A stretch of DNA of 64,000 bases, taken from the IMG/VR virus record IMGVR_UViG_3300036846_001209, positions 1-64,000 of that record. One strand, given 5' to 3'. This document shows positions 17,917 through 27,678 of this stretch, one piece after another. How positions within the stretch are numbered: position 1 is the stretch's first letter; each line of letters begins with the position of its first letter. The notes below the pieces were generated by a model. The model did not search any database and was not told the DNA's origin. It saw nothing but the letters and a program-made list of their open reading frames with translations. The position numbers were made by a program, and so were the translations under genes. This DNA is from a virus.

Positions 17917-18468
17917 ATGACCTACCTGACCCTGCGCTCTCAGGCGCACCACCAGATGATCGAAGCGCAACTGGCGGGCTTCGCCGAGGAAGCCGCCGAG
18001 GAAGCCGCCAACGGCGAGCGCAGCATCGACGGCGCCCGCATCTACGGCAAGGCGATGAACACCATCATCGACTTCCTGGCCGTGCAGCGCGGCCAGCAGG
18101 CCTACCCCGTGCGCATCGACCTGAGCATCTGCACGCCGGGCATGCGCGCCGACCTCGCCGAGGCAGTCGGCAACATCCACGACTGCGGCGCCCCGACCGA
18201 GGAGATCATCGCCACCATCACCGACGACGACCACACCGCTTGGCTGCGCCGCCGCGCGCCCGACTACGGGTTCTTCCCCGCCGACCGTCCGGTGGGCGTG
18301 CGCGACGCCATCCTCGCCGCCTACGAGCGTTGCGAGGCGGCGGGCGAGCATCCGGGCGTGCTGGCGACGCTGGCGGCGCTGCTGGCCCAGCAGGGCTGCG
18401 AACACTTCGACCCCGCCGTCACCGACGGTTGGCTGACCCACCTCTGCGATATCGCCATCTTCGGCTGA
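17917..18468 (+). CDS. hypothetical early protein
   Basis: ATG 17917 after AAGGA; high GC3. Confidence 0.65.
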   Translation: MTYLTLRSQAHHQMIEAQLAGFAEEAAEEAANGERSIDGARIYGKAMNTIIDFLAVQRGQQAYPVRIDLSICTPGMRADLAEAVGNIHDCGAPTEEIIATITDDDHTAWLRRRAPDYGFFPADRPVGVRDAILAAYERCEAAGEHPGVLATLAALLAQQGCEHFDPAVTDGWLTHLCDIAIFG

Positions 18469-18572
18469 CCTCTCAGCGGCGGGCGGCATGAGGCGCCGCC
18501 CGCTCACTGAGCGGCCAGACCGTTCCAACCGGGCCAAGGCCCACCACACGCCAACCTGAAGGACTACCGACC

Positions 18573-19019
18573 ATGACCATCACGACCATCGAACGCGCCG
18601 TCGCCAAGGCGCTGCACGCCGACCTCGCCGCCGCCATCAAGGCCTCGACGCACCTCGCTGCGGTCGCCGCCAAGTACGGGCTGATCATCACCCCGACCAA
18701 CGCCTCGTTCGACGGCGCGTCGATGACCATCAAGGTCAAGGCCGCCGTGCCGCTGAGCGCGGCGGCGGTGCGCGCCGACCTCGTCCAACTGGCGGCGATG
18801 GAAGGCTTCGACGCCTCTGGGACGTCGAAGGACGGCAAGTACAAGGTCACCGACTACGGGCGCGGCAAGCAGCCCTGGAAGATGGGCCTCGCCGACGGCT
18901 CCGAGCCGCAGCGCTACTGGAAGGCGGACAGCCGCTGGATGCTGCGCGCCTTCCCGCCCGTGAAGGACGACCAGAAGGTCGTCATCACCGAGGTCGACGA
19001 CCTGATCGCCAAAGCCTGA
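18573..19019 (+). CDS. hypothetical early protein
   Basis: 148 aa, GAAGGA RBS. Confidence 0.65.
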   Translation: MTITTIERAVAKALHADLAAAIKASTHLAAVAAKYGLIITPTNASFDGASMTIKVKAAVPLSAAAVRADLVQLAAMEGFDASGTSKDGKYKVTDYGRGKQPWKMGLADGSEPQRYWKADSRWMLRAFPPVKDDQKVVITEVDDLIAKA

Positions 19020-19083
19020 GCGCACCCCCGCAACCCCAACCCAAGGCCCCGCGCATCCCGCGCGGGGCGAGGAGATCAAGACC

Positions 19084-19608
19084 ATGTACGACCGCTTTCA
19101 ACGCGACCGCGCCGTCATCTGGGTGGCGCAGGATATCGGCGACCACGGGCCTGTGGCGCAGGCGGCGTTCGCCTCGCCGACCGACGCGCTGAACTACGCC
19201 GAGGTGCAGATCCGCCAACTCGGCGGCTGGCCCTGCCACTTCACCATCGCGGGCAAGACGGTGCGCGCGGACGCCTTCCTGACGCGCGACCACGCCTTCA
19301 AGTGGCTCTGCGACATGAGCGTCTACGGGCGCGTGGTGCCTGACGCGCAGTGGCGCGGCGTCACGCCCGAGACGCTGGTGCGCCTCGTCGAGGACGGCGA
19401 CGAGGAGCGCGGCTACCCCGACGAGGTCAGCGTGCTGACGCTGGGCCGGTTCTTCGACCTCAACCAGATGCAGGCGGACGAACAGGCGCCCATCGTCGCC
19501 TGCCTGAACAGCAGCCAGGAGTGGGTCGCGGGCGGCGGCGCGGCCCCGATCTGGTGGCTGCACGTGGCGCCTGAGGGCGCGGTCGCCGACGTCGAGGGGG
19601 CTGCCTGA
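19084..19608 (+). CDS. hypothetical early protein
   Basis: 174 aa, GAGGAG RBS. Confidence 0.65.
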   Translation: MYDRFQRDRAVIWVAQDIGDHGPVAQAAFASPTDALNYAEVQIRQLGGWPCHFTIAGKTVRADAFLTRDHAFKWLCDMSVYGRVVPDAQWRGVTPETLVRLVEDGDEERGYPDEVSVLTLGRFFDLNQMQADEQAPIVACLNSSQEWVAGGGAAPIWWLHVAPEGAVADVEGAA

Positions 19609-19868
19609 TGCGCCCCTGCTTCTTCACCTTCTCCGGTGACGACACCTACGCGGGCCTCGCCCACGGCACCACGTGGAACGGCTTCGACAACGTCAGCATC
19701 ACCCCTGCGGTGCGCGACCAGATCGTCGCGGACATGGTCGAGGCCGGTTGGGACGACGAGGACTGCGTCGCCGAACTGCGCCGCCAGACGCCCGACGAGG
19801 ACGGGCTGATCGATCTTTCGAACGGCTGGGCGACGCAGTTGCTCGCCGACAATGGGGCGAGGGCGTGA
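19608..19868 (+). CDS. hypothetical early protein
   Basis: 86 aa, TGATG coupling. Confidence 0.6.
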   Translation: MRPCFFTFSGDDTYAGLAHGTTWNGFDNVSITPAVRDQIVADMVEAGWDDEDCVAELRRQTPDEDGLIDLSNGWATQLLADNGARA

Positions 19869-20119
19869 TGCGCGAACACACCGAGGCCTACGACGCCTGG
19901 ATGGCGACGGGCGCGAGCCGGGAGACAAGCCCGGCGATCATGCGCGCGCTCTGGCTGATCTGCGCCGACCCGGCGAGCGCCGAGTTCGTCTGGGAGAACG
20001 GGCTGGCCTACGTCGACGAGGCGTCGACGCACGCCTTCATGGACATGGTCAGCAGCGACGGCACGAAGGATCCGCGCGACTTCGTCTGGGGCGCCGCAGG
20101 CGCCGATTGGCAGGACTGA
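19868..20119 (+). CDS. hypothetical early protein
   Basis: MREHTEAYDAW..., TGATG coupling. Confidence 0.6.
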   Translation: MREHTEAYDAWMATGASRETSPAIMRALWLICADPASAEFVWENGLAYVDEASTHAFMDMVSSDGTKDPRDFVWGAAGADWQD

Positions 20120-20194
20120 CGTTCGCCGAGAGGGGGCGCGTGACAGGCGCCCCTTCGTACGAGCGCCAGAACTCACCACCGAGGAGATACCCCC

Positions 20195-20377
20195 ATGCCC
20201 GCCCAGCTGGACGACCAGTTCGTCGTCCTCGCCTACTTCGACAACTCGGACCCCGACGTCTGGGGACCATACCCGAGCCGCGCCGATGCGCTCGACGCGC
20301 TGAAGGCGCTCGCCCCGCGCTATGACGGCGACGACAGCCTGACCGAGATCACCATCCACAAACTGATGAGCCTGTGA
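20195..20377 (+). CDS. hypothetical early protein
   Basis: 60 aa, GAGGAG RBS. Confidence 0.6.
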   Translation: MPAQLDDQFVVLAYFDNSDPDVWGPYPSRADALDALKALAPRYDGDDSLTEITIHKLMSL

Positions 20378-20829
20378 CGATGACCGTGTTCAACGTCTAC
20401 CGCGCCGAGGGGCGGCGCCTCTTCCTCGTCTGGCAGGGCGAGGCCGCGCACGCGCCGGGCGCGCAACTGGCCGCCTACGAGGCGCGCCCCGACCTTCGCA
20501 CCCAACCCCTCTCGGTCCGCAGCGCGGACCGCGACCCCTACGAGGGCAGCCCGCGCGTGACGATGGAGACGCTGGGAACCAGCGCCTACCGGACCGAGGC
20601 CTCGCGCGCGGCGGTGCGGGGCATCGCTGCGATCCTGGCGATGCTGCCGCTCAACCTGCGCGCCGACGTCGTCGAGGAGGCGTTCGGGGCGGGCCTGCCC
20701 GAGGCGTGGGCGGACAAGTTCCGCGAGGAGTACGGGAACGAGCCGATGCCCGTGCTGCTGATCGGCGGCGAGATCGCCAGCGACGTCATCGACCTCTACG
20801 AGGCGGACGACGCCCAGGTGACGCCATGA
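20374..20829 (+). CDS. hypothetical early protein
   Basis: 151 aa, coupled. Confidence 0.6.
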   Translation: MTMTVFNVYRAEGRRLFLVWQGEAAHAPGAQLAAYEARPDLRTQPLSVRSADRDPYEGSPRVTMETLGTSAYRTEASRAAVRGIAAILAMLPLNLRADVVEEAFGAGLPEAWADKFREEYGNEPMPVLLIGGEIASDVIDLYEADDAQVTP

Positions 20830-21137
20830 CGAGGCCGCTCGCCCAGCACCTGATCGTCAAGGCCAGCGGCGTCGGCGGCACGGTGTACGCCTGTCCGTTC
20901 TGCCGTCACTCGGAGCGCGCGCCGAGGCATCCACCTGGGCGCGCGCCGAGCGGCCACGGCTGGCGCACCACGGCGCTGCTGACCGGCGCGCTGGTCACGC
21001 ACATGCGCAGCGTCCACGCGCCGCTGGTCGCCGCTGCGATCACCCACATGGCCGAGGATCTGAAGGCGCGCGGCGGCTGGCGGGGCGACACCGCCCGCCT
21101 CGCGGTGGCGAAGGCGAAGCGCGAGGCGCCTGCGTGA
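20826..21137 (+). CDS. putative Zn-binding protein
   Basis: CPFC ... HMRSVH, a split C2H2-like pattern. Confidence 0.5.
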   Translation: MTRPLAQHLIVKASGVGGTVYACPFCRHSERAPRHPPGRAPSGHGWRTTALLTGALVTHMRSVHAPLVAAAITHMAEDLKARGGWRGDTARLAVAKAKREAPA

Positions 21138-21979
21138 GGGGGGACCTCGAGGCCGGCCCCCCCGGCCTGGCCGGGGCCGCGCCGACGATCTATCACGGCA
21201 CGCCGTTCACGCCGCGCGCGGCGCTCCTAGATATCCTGCCGGGCCGCGCCGCCTTCGTCTCGTTCTACCGGCCCGATGACGTCGACGCCGTGGAACAGGT
21301 CTGCGCGCAGATCGGCTACGACCACGGCGGCGCCTCGTTCTGGTTCGCGGCGATGCGGTTGGGCCAGGAGTGGGACGAGGCTGACCGGCAGGGTTGGTGG
21401 CGCGCCTACTATGCGTGGCTTGAGCCGCGGCTTCAGCCGGGGCGATGGGCGCTGCTGCCCGACAGCCCAGGCGCGCCGAGCCAGATCAACGACGCCCTCC
21501 TCTACGATTGGCCGTTCGGCCCTGCCTACGGCGTCCCGGTCTGGCATATGGACGGGCCGCTACAGAGGCTCGGGCGCCTGTGCGAACGCTACGACAAGGT
21601 GGCGCTGGGCTGGATCGGAGATCCCAAGAAGGAACAGGTGGGCTGCCCGCGCTATCGTGAGCGGATGGAGGAGATCGACGCCTTCTTCGGCAACCGATGG
21701 CACCCCACCCACATGTTGCGCGGCATCAAGGTCGCCTTCGACTACCCGTTCGACGGCGCCGACTCGACCAGCCTCGCCCAGAACGGACACCTCTATGACA
21801 GCCCCTTCGACGCCCTCTGGGGCGACCGCTGGCGCGGCCGCCGCGCCTATGCCGACGCCCTGGAGCGCAAGATCGCTCTCAGGCGTCACCGACCAGCTGG
21901 TCGCCTTGCACGACGATCCGATCATGGACGAGGGGATCCACCTCCACCGCTGGGAGGTGGCGGCTTACTGGATCTCTGA
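21134..21979 (+). CDS. TGT/DpdA-like (tRNA-guanine transglycosylase-fold) protein
   Basis: YHGTP, DHGGASFW (cf. DSGG/DNGAF), LPD, VPVWH, HMLRG and ADSTS, in the order expected for the TGT barrel. Confidence 0.55.
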   Translation: MRGDLEAGPPGLAGAAPTIYHGTPFTPRAALLDILPGRAAFVSFYRPDDVDAVEQVCAQIGYDHGGASFWFAAMRLGQEWDEADRQGWWRAYYAWLEPRLQPGRWALLPDSPGAPSQINDALLYDWPFGPAYGVPVWHMDGPLQRLGRLCERYDKVALGWIGDPKKEQVGCPRYRERMEEIDAFFGNRWHPTHMLRGIKVAFDYPFDGADSTSLAQNGHLYDSPFDALWGDRWRGRRAYADALERKIALRRHRPAGRLARRSDHGRGDPPPPLGGGGLLDL

Positions 21980-22214
21980 GCCGTTCCGCGACGGGCGTGC
22001 GCTGAAGGCCGGCCTGCACGATCTGCTGGCGCATCTGCCCGGCCCGGACGGTCTGCTGCCGCCTGAGCTCTGGAGCGCCGAGGCGCTGGCGCTGGCGATC
22101 TGCCGCCTGCTGCCGTGGTGCGTAGCGGTGCGCATCACGCGCGCCGAGGGCTACGAGGTGATCGTCTGGTTGCCGGATACGTCAAACGAGATTGACGACC
22201 CTAGTCGGACATGA
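21849..22214 (+). CDS. divergent QueD/PTPS-like (T-fold) protein
   Basis: LVALH...IHLHRWEV...D.RALK...SAEALA.AI..LL...VRI parallels QueD AAH...LHGH.Y.V...D...LK...TAEN.A..I. Overlaps the 3' end of the TGT-like gene. Confidence 0.45.
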   Translation: MPTPWSARSLSGVTDQLVALHDDPIMDEGIHLHRWEVAAYWISEPFRDGRALKAGLHDLLAHLPGPDGLLPPELWSAEALALAICRLLPWCVAVRITRAEGYEVIVWLPDTSNEIDDPSRT

Positions 22215-22222
22215 TCTATAGG
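22192..22222 (+). promoter_or_regulatory. putative early promoter
   Basis: TTGACG...CTATAGG preceded by operator-like TGCCG-GATA-CGTCA (22171-22184). Confidence 0.45.
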
Positions 22223-22248
22223 ACTCCTCACACGCCAGGAGGCATCAA

Positions 22249-22650
22249 GTGACTACCCCAACCCGCGACTTGGACACGGCTTACGCCGAGGCCGCCGCCT
22301 TCGACCTGAAGCAGGCGATGGCGCAACTGGACGCCTACGGGCGCCTGGAGTGGATGGTCGGCAACGCCGATTGGGTGGCGTGCTTCGACGCCGCTCTCGG
22401 GCCGCACGGCGTCGTCTACCATGTCGTGGTGGACTGCGAGAGCGGCGGCTTCACCCAGACGCAGGAGGCGGGCGAGGTCCCGCTGCGCGACGCGCTCACC
22501 AAACTGGCGGGCTTGCCCTACGCCTACGCTTGTCTGTGCGCTGACGCCTGCGACGGCGACAGCCTGCCGTCCAACGAGGACGTCGAGGCCTGCGTCGCCT
22601 CCTGGCGCGCGCATCTGGAAACCCTGATCGAAGAGGCGGACGCAGCATGA
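22249..22650 (+). CDS. hypothetical protein
   Basis: AGGAGG RBS plus GTG start. Confidence 0.65.
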   Translation: MTTPTRDLDTAYAEAAAFDLKQAMAQLDAYGRLEWMVGNADWVACFDAALGPHGVVYHVVVDCESGGFTQTQEAGEVPLRDALTKLAGLPYAYACLCADACDGDSLPSNEDVEACVASWRAHLETLIEEADAA

Positions 22651-22937
22651 GCATCACCGCAACCGAGACGCCGACGCAGCGCGCCCAGCGCCTCGCCCGC
22701 GAAACCGCCGACGCCTACTCGTTCGACGCCTACGGCGCGCGCCAGTGGTTCCTGGCCGCCAAGGGCCTCGTCGATCTCGGCTACAGCGACGCCGAGGTCG
22801 AGGCGATCCTGCGCTCCAAGTGGACGCGCTGGGCGCGCGACGCGCACTCGTCCTACGAGGGCAAGGGCCAGTGGGTCATCGACTTCGTGCTGATGCACGA
22901 AGGCGAACCCGGCTACCTCGTCGGTGACCTCCTGTGA
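22647..22937 (+). CDS. hypothetical protein
   Basis: EAILRSKWTRWARD motif; coupled. Confidence 0.6.
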   Translation: MSITATETPTQRAQRLARETADAYSFDAYGARQWFLAAKGLVDLGYSDAEVEAILRSKWTRWARDAHSSYEGKGQWVIDFVLMHEGEPGYLVGDLL

Positions 22938-23119
22938 CGCGCTCCACCTCGCCCAACCTCGCCGGATACGAGGCGCGCCTCGCGAACGGCGGCTTCGGCG
23001 GCATGCGCGCTGTCGCGGCCGCCGCCTTCGTCGCCGCCTTCGAAGCCGACCAGCGGCTCGCCTGGAAGGCCGCGCTCGCCTGGATGGCGGGCGCCCAACC
23101 CAAGGAACACACGCCATGA
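22934..23119 (+). CDS. hypothetical protein
   Basis: 61 aa, coupled on both sides. Confidence 0.5.
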   Translation: MTRSTSPNLAGYEARLANGGFGGMRAVAAAAFVAAFEADQRLAWKAALAWMAGAQPKEHTP

Positions 23120-23751
23120 CCATCGCTGCGCTCTTCGTCGAAACCGACGGCGCCTACTTCAACTGCCCCGGCGTCGAGGCTTGGGACGTCGTCCGTGACG
23201 CCCGCCGCTACGCCGGGCCATACCCGGTCGTCGCGCACCCTCCGTGCCAGCGGTGGGGCCGCTACGCCGCTTCGCACCCCATCACAGGCAAGATCGCCGA
23301 GGTGGGCGCGGACGACGGCTGCTTCGAAGCCGCGCTCGCCGCGGTGCGCATCTGGGGCGGCGTCATCGAACATCCGGCGCACTCCAAGGCGTGGGCCGAG
23401 TTCGGGCTGGTCAAGCCGTCGCACCACGGCGGCTGGACCGACCCCGACCTCTGGGGCGGCCGCTCCTGCTACGTCGAGCAAGGCCACTACGGTCACTTCA
23501 GCCGCAAGGCCACGTGGCTCTACGCCGTCGCGCCCCAGCTGCCCGACCTCGTCTGGGGGCCTGCCGAACAGCGGCTCCCGGCCTATGCGGTCGAGCGGTA
23601 CGGCTACGCCAAGGCGCGCCGCATCGGGGTGATGGCGGCGGTAGGCGGCAAGCACAAGACGCGCATCCGCAACGCCACCCCGCCCGCCTTCCGCGACCTG
23701 TTGCTGGCGATCGCCAGCGGCGCGGCGCGCACCATGTCGGAGGCCGCGTGA
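23116..23751 (+). CDS. small C5-methyltransferase-like protein
   Basis: VAHPPCQ (motif IV-like), GVIEHP (motif VI-like) and GH..RKATWL; no clear FxGxG. Confidence 0.45.
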   Translation: MTIAALFVETDGAYFNCPGVEAWDVVRDARRYAGPYPVVAHPPCQRWGRYAASHPITGKIAEVGADDGCFEAALAAVRIWGGVIEHPAHSKAWAEFGLVKPSHHGGWTDPDLWGGRSCYVEQGHYGHFSRKATWLYAVAPQLPDLVWGPAEQRLPAYAVERYGYAKARRIGVMAAVGGKHKTRIRNATPPAFRDLLLAIASGAARTMSEAA

Positions 23752-24083
23752 TGGGCGCCGAAACCTTCCGCCAGATCGGGCGGGGCGCGACGCACCGCGC
23801 CGCCTTCCAGGCCGCGCGCGATCAGGCGCTCTACGACTACGGGCACCGCGGCTACACCGGCTCGCTCGCCGAGAAGCAGGACTACGTGCTGATCGAGGTC
23901 CCGGCGACGTTCGTCCACGACCCCGAGGTGAAGGGTTGGGCTGGTCCGGTCAGCCGCGAGGCGCAGTACGCCGAGAAACTGATCGACAACGACGATCCGC
24001 GCATCTCCTCCAAGTGGGGGCCTGCGGGCTGCATCCAGATCGCGCTCGGCGAGTGGCTGTTCTTCGGCTGGGCGTCCTCGTGA
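23751..24083 (+). CDS. conserved phage hypothetical protein
   Basis: YGHRGYTGSLAEK...KWGPA...WLFFGWASS. Confidence 0.65.
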   Translation: MGAETFRQIGRGATHRAAFQAARDQALYDYGHRGYTGSLAEKQDYVLIEVPATFVHDPEVKGWAGPVSREAQYAEKLIDNDDPRISSKWGPAGCIQIALGEWLFFGWASS

Positions 24084-24271
24084 TGGAGGATCCCCGCTTC
24101 CGCCGCATCGCGCGGCGCCCCGAACGCGACCACCTGCCGTTCGGGGTCGGCGCCCGCCGCGGCCCGCTGATCAGCCGCCGCGGCTGGCATGTCATCTACT
24201 TGGCCTGCTGCTTCCTTCTGGGGCTGGCGCTGGCCCGCATCCTCGTCGCCCTCATCGGAGCGCACCCATGA
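24083..24271 (+). CDS. small membrane protein
   Basis: C-terminal hydrophobic helix; TGATG coupling. Confidence 0.45.
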   Translation: MEDPRFRRIARRPERDHLPFGVGARRGPLISRRGWHVIYLACCFLLGLALARILVALIGAHP

Positions 24272-24489
24272 AGAAGCCCGCACCCAAACCTGCAGCCGCG
24301 CCTGCGACCGCGAAGCCCGTCGCGTGGCTGATCCGCGAGAGCGGCGGCCAGAACGGTCTGTCGCCGCGCGTCATGTCGGGGCGGATGTTCGTCACCGAGG
24401 CCTCCGCGAAGGCGGCGGCCAAGCGGATGACGACGCGCTTCTGGACGCGCGAGGCCTTCCCGGTGTTCGCGGCGCCGCCCGACGCCTAA
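24268..24489 (+). CDS. hypothetical protein
   Basis: 73 aa, coupled. Confidence 0.5.
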   Translation: MKKPAPKPAAAPATAKPVAWLIRESGGQNGLSPRVMSGRMFVTEASAKAAAKRMTTRFWTREAFPVFAAPPDA

Positions 24490-24498
24490 GACGCGCCC

Positions 24499-24924
24499 GT
24501 GCGGACCCTCGAGACGTTCAGCGACGCCGACCTCGCGACCGACGCCCAGGTGGACTGCGAGGGCTGCACGATCTGCTGCTGGCACCAGCGCGTGGCGGTG
24601 TTCCCCGGCCTCGACCCGGTCGAGCTCTACGACGTCGAGGCGATCGGCGGCGAGATCGTCAAACCGGGGGGCGAGAAGCTGGGGCCGATTCTGCTGCTGA
24701 AGCAGAAGCCCGACGGGTCGTGCATCCATCTCGGCCCCGGCGGCTGCGAGGTCTACGACCATCGCCCGCGCATCTGCCGCTCGTTCGACTGCGGCGGCTG
24801 GTTCCGCTCGCAGCCGCGCCCGGCGCGCCAGCGCATGCTGCGCCAGGATCCCAGCATGCGTCCGCTGATCGAGCGCGGCCGGGTGATCTCGGCGCGGCAG
24901 ACGGCTGGGCGCGTCGCGCGTTAA
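24499..24924 (+). CDS. YkgJ/FliB-family cysteine-cluster (Zn/Fe-S) protein
   Basis: CEGCTICC ... CIHL...CEVYDHRPRICRSFDC. Confidence 0.8.
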   Translation: MRTLETFSDADLATDAQVDCEGCTICCWHQRVAVFPGLDPVELYDVEAIGGEIVKPGGEKLGPILLLKQKPDGSCIHLGPGGCEVYDHRPRICRSFDCGGWFRSQPRPARQRMLRQDPSMRPLIERGRVISARQTAGRVAR

Positions 24925-24954
24925 GGTGGGGCGCCAACCCCGCTGGAGCTCGCC

Positions 24955-25266
24955 ATGCCCGTCCCCGCCGTCCTCTCCGCAAAGACCCATGCCGCCGTCA
25001 ACGCCGTCGCCCAGGCGCGCGCCGAGATGCGCACGCACGACGAGGAGTCGGCTGCGCTGAACGCCGCCGTCGCCGAGGACGTCGCCGACGACAAGATGAA
25101 CGTCGACGAGGCGAAAGATCTGCTGGCCGCCTACGGCGTCGCCTACGCGCCGCCGGCCGATGCGCCGAAGTCCAAGGCCAAGCCGCAAGCTGAACTTGAG
25201 CTTGAGCCAGAGCCTGAGCCGGAACCGGAACACCACAAGGGCAAGGGCAAGGCCAAGGCCGACTAG
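24955..25266 (+). CDS. hypothetical protein
   Basis: 103 aa, GGAG RBS; converges on the primase gene. Confidence 0.5.
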   Translation: MPVPAVLSAKTHAAVNAVAQARAEMRTHDEESAALNAAVAEDVADDKMNVDEAKDLLAAYGVAYAPPADAPKSKAKPQAELELEPEPEPEPEHHKGKGKAKAD

Positions 25267-27512
25267 TCGGGCGGCCCGATCTGGTAGCAGCGCACCTGTC
25301 GCCCCCCGATGGTGCGCCGGTTGTCCTTGCCGGGCTTCTTGATGCCCATGCGGGTCAGCGTCTTGGCGAGGTCGGTCTTCATCGCCTGCGTCTGGCGGGC
25401 CGGGATGATCTCCAGCGCATGCTCGAGGATCTCGCCGGGCGTCCACATGCCCGTGTGGTCGGGCATCCACTTCGCCAGCGCGCTCTCCCACGGATGCACC
25501 TCGATGCGCTCTTCCTGCTGGGCGCGGGCGGCAACCTCGTCCTCGCCCTCAAGCCACCAGAGCTCGCCCATGCTGAAGCGGTCGACGGCTTCCGCCCACA
25601 CCTGGGCGCGGTCGGCTTTCATGGCGGCGACGTCGATCATCCCGCACACCACCGGCCAGTAGCGGCGCGCGCCGGTCGCGTCTTTCAGATAGCCGCCGCC
25701 GAGGATCGGGTTGATCGACCCGGCGAACACGCAGACGCGCTTGCGCTCGACGACCATGCGTCCGTAGCTCGGGCGGTAGCGATCCTCCTGGCGCGAGAGG
25801 AACTCCTTGGCGACCGAGGCTTCGGCGCGCGACAGGCGCTCCATCTCGGCGACCTCGATGACCCACTTGCCGAGGAGGTTCTGCGCCGCGTCCTTGTTGG
25901 TAAGATCGCCGCCCAACTGGTCGGCGAAGTAGGCGTCGTCGTCATCCTTGCCCGAGGGACCGCCCGCCAGGGCGCGCAGCAGGCTCGACTTGCGGATGCC
26001 CTGCGGTCCCTCCAGCACCAGCATGGTGTCGACCTTGCAGCCTGGCCGCAGCGCGCGGGCGACCGCGCTGATCAGGAACTTGCGCCCGACCGCGCGGACA
26101 TAGGGCGAGTCGTCGACGCCCGCGTAGCGGATGAGCCATGTGTCGAGCCGCTCGACCCCATCCCAGGCGAGCGTCGTGAGCCAGTCGGTGAGTGGGTTCA
26201 CGCGCCAGTGCTGCTGGGCGAGCATGGTGAGCATGTCGAGGACGGCGCCTTTGGTCGTACTCAGTCCGTGGCCGTTCGGGCCTAGCCACCCGGCGAGCGC
26301 GACGCCGTCGGAGTCGCTGACCTCGCGCGGGTAGTCCTGGCGCGGATCGCCCGCGAGGCCGCGCACCATGATCAGCCGGTCGGCCCAGACGTCGTAGTAG
26401 AACATGCCCGCTAGCGCCGGGTGATGCTCAAGCATCTGCTGCAGGTTCCAGGCTTCCTTCGGGCGCAGGTGACCCTTCTCGGTCCAGAGCCACTTGTGTC
26501 CCTTCATCCAGGCGTCGCGCGCGGGCGCGGCGCGCTTGGGCGGCGGATCCTGGGCGGGCGCCTCTGCTGCGGCCGCGGCTGCGGCGCCGCCGCCGCCGTT
26601 GACGACCCGGAGCTTCGGCTTGGTGGCGTCGCGCGGCGGCGCCTTCGACGGCGAGCGCATGCCGTGCTGCAGGTGGCGCTCGACCTTGTCGCTCACCACG
26701 GACTCGGTCCAGGGGTTGTGGGCCTCGCCGTTGCGCATCTGCATCCCGGCGTGGATCAGCGCGGCCTTGGCGTAGCCCTCGCCGATCTCGCCGCCGGCGA
26801 CCAGCGAGCCGATGCGCAGCGTGCGATCGCGCAGCGTCACCTCCTGCGTGCCGGGCGGCGCGTGGGCGATGTCCTCGCAGATCGCGTCGAGCGTCGCCTC
26901 GCCGTAGGCGGTCGCCTTGCCCATCGGCTTGGGGCCGGGGGCGATGTTGTGCTGGCCGCCGTTCAGCTGCTTGGCGTGGTGCTGGATGAGTTCCTCGAGC
27001 CAGGGCGGCAGATCGGCGACCGGGGTCAGCACCGGGTCGGTAAGCCACTCGTACTCGCCGATGACCTCGCCGCTGGCGGCGACGAAGAGCGTCGAGGGCG
27101 GGGCGACGACGTAGCCGCCTTCGCCGCGGATATCGAGGCCGGGCAGGAAGTTGGCGCGGTTGCGCACGCCGCCGCGCATCGGCCAGCCGAAGTAGTAGTG
27201 GGCGCCGCCGCTGGGCGTCTTGGCGGCGACGGTGCGCGGCAGCGGCCCGTGCTTGGCGATGAGCTCCTGAAGGCTCGCCATGCCGCCCTTGGCGGTGTCG
27301 ACGTCGAGGACGACGAGGCCGCTGAAGGGTCCGGTGGCGATCGCGAGGTTGGAGCGGCTGGTCGGCGGCCACCAGCGCCGCGTCTGGGCGGCGTCGATGC
27401 TGGCGTCTTGGAAGCCTTTTTCGGTGCGAGGTGTCTTCTGGCCTGGTCGGCAGGGGAACACCCGCCACCCGAGGCTGATCAGTCGCAGCGCTTCGTCACC
27501 AAGCGCTGACAT
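25263..27512 (-). CDS. bifunctional Prim-Pol primase fused to VirE/VapE-like helicase
   Basis: GWRVFPC...NLAIATG..LVVLDVD...TPSGGAHYYF...DIRGEGGYVVAPPS; C-terminal LEGPQGIRKSS, RPSYGR and DATGARRYWP. Confidence 0.9.
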   Translation of the reverse strand: MSALGDEALRLISLGWRVFPCRPGQKTPRTEKGFQDASIDAAQTRRWWPPTSRSNLAIATGPFSGLVVLDVDTAKGGMASLQELIAKHGPLPRTVAAKTPSGGAHYYFGWPMRGGVRNRANFLPGLDIRGEGGYVVAPPSTLFVAASGEVIGEYEWLTDPVLTPVADLPPWLEELIQHHAKQLNGGQHNIAPGPKPMGKATAYGEATLDAICEDIAHAPPGTQEVTLRDRTLRIGSLVAGGEIGEGYAKAALIHAGMQMRNGEAHNPWTESVVSDKVERHLQHGMRSPSKAPPRDATKPKLRVVNGGGGAAAAAAAEAPAQDPPPKRAAPARDAWMKGHKWLWTEKGHLRPKEAWNLQQMLEHHPALAGMFYYDVWADRLIMVRGLAGDPRQDYPREVSDSDGVALAGWLGPNGHGLSTTKGAVLDMLTMLAQQHWRVNPLTDWLTTLAWDGVERLDTWLIRYAGVDDSPYVRAVGRKFLISAVARALRPGCKVDTMLVLEGPQGIRKSSLLRALAGGPSGKDDDDAYFADQLGGDLTNKDAAQNLLGKWVIEVAEMERLSRAEASVAKEFLSRQEDRYRPSYGRMVVERKRVCVFAGSINPILGGGYLKDATGARRYWPVVCGMIDVAAMKADRAQVWAEAVDRFSMGELWWLEGEDEVAARAQQEERIEVHPWESALAKWMPDHTGMWTPGEILEHALEIIPARQTQAMKTDLAKTLTRMGIKKPGKDNRRTIGGRQVRCYQIGPPD

Positions 27513-27678
27513 CGACCCTAAACCGCGGCGGACTGGCTACGCTCGGAGTCGCGCACGCGCTGTCCCTTCCACTGGCGAAAGATCGACCATCCGGCGTCCC
27601 TGAACGCGGAGTCAAGCGGACGGAAGACCGCCGTCCACGGTGTGATCGTCGGCATCCACAGACCCCCCCCCAGGTCAG

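Noticed and set aside
18470-20160. GC hairpins between early genes (about 18478-18502, 19046-19068, 20130-20156) as ncRNAs
   Set aside because: They are short, share no sequence and lack U-tracts; ordinary mRNA stability or processing stems are the simpler explanation.
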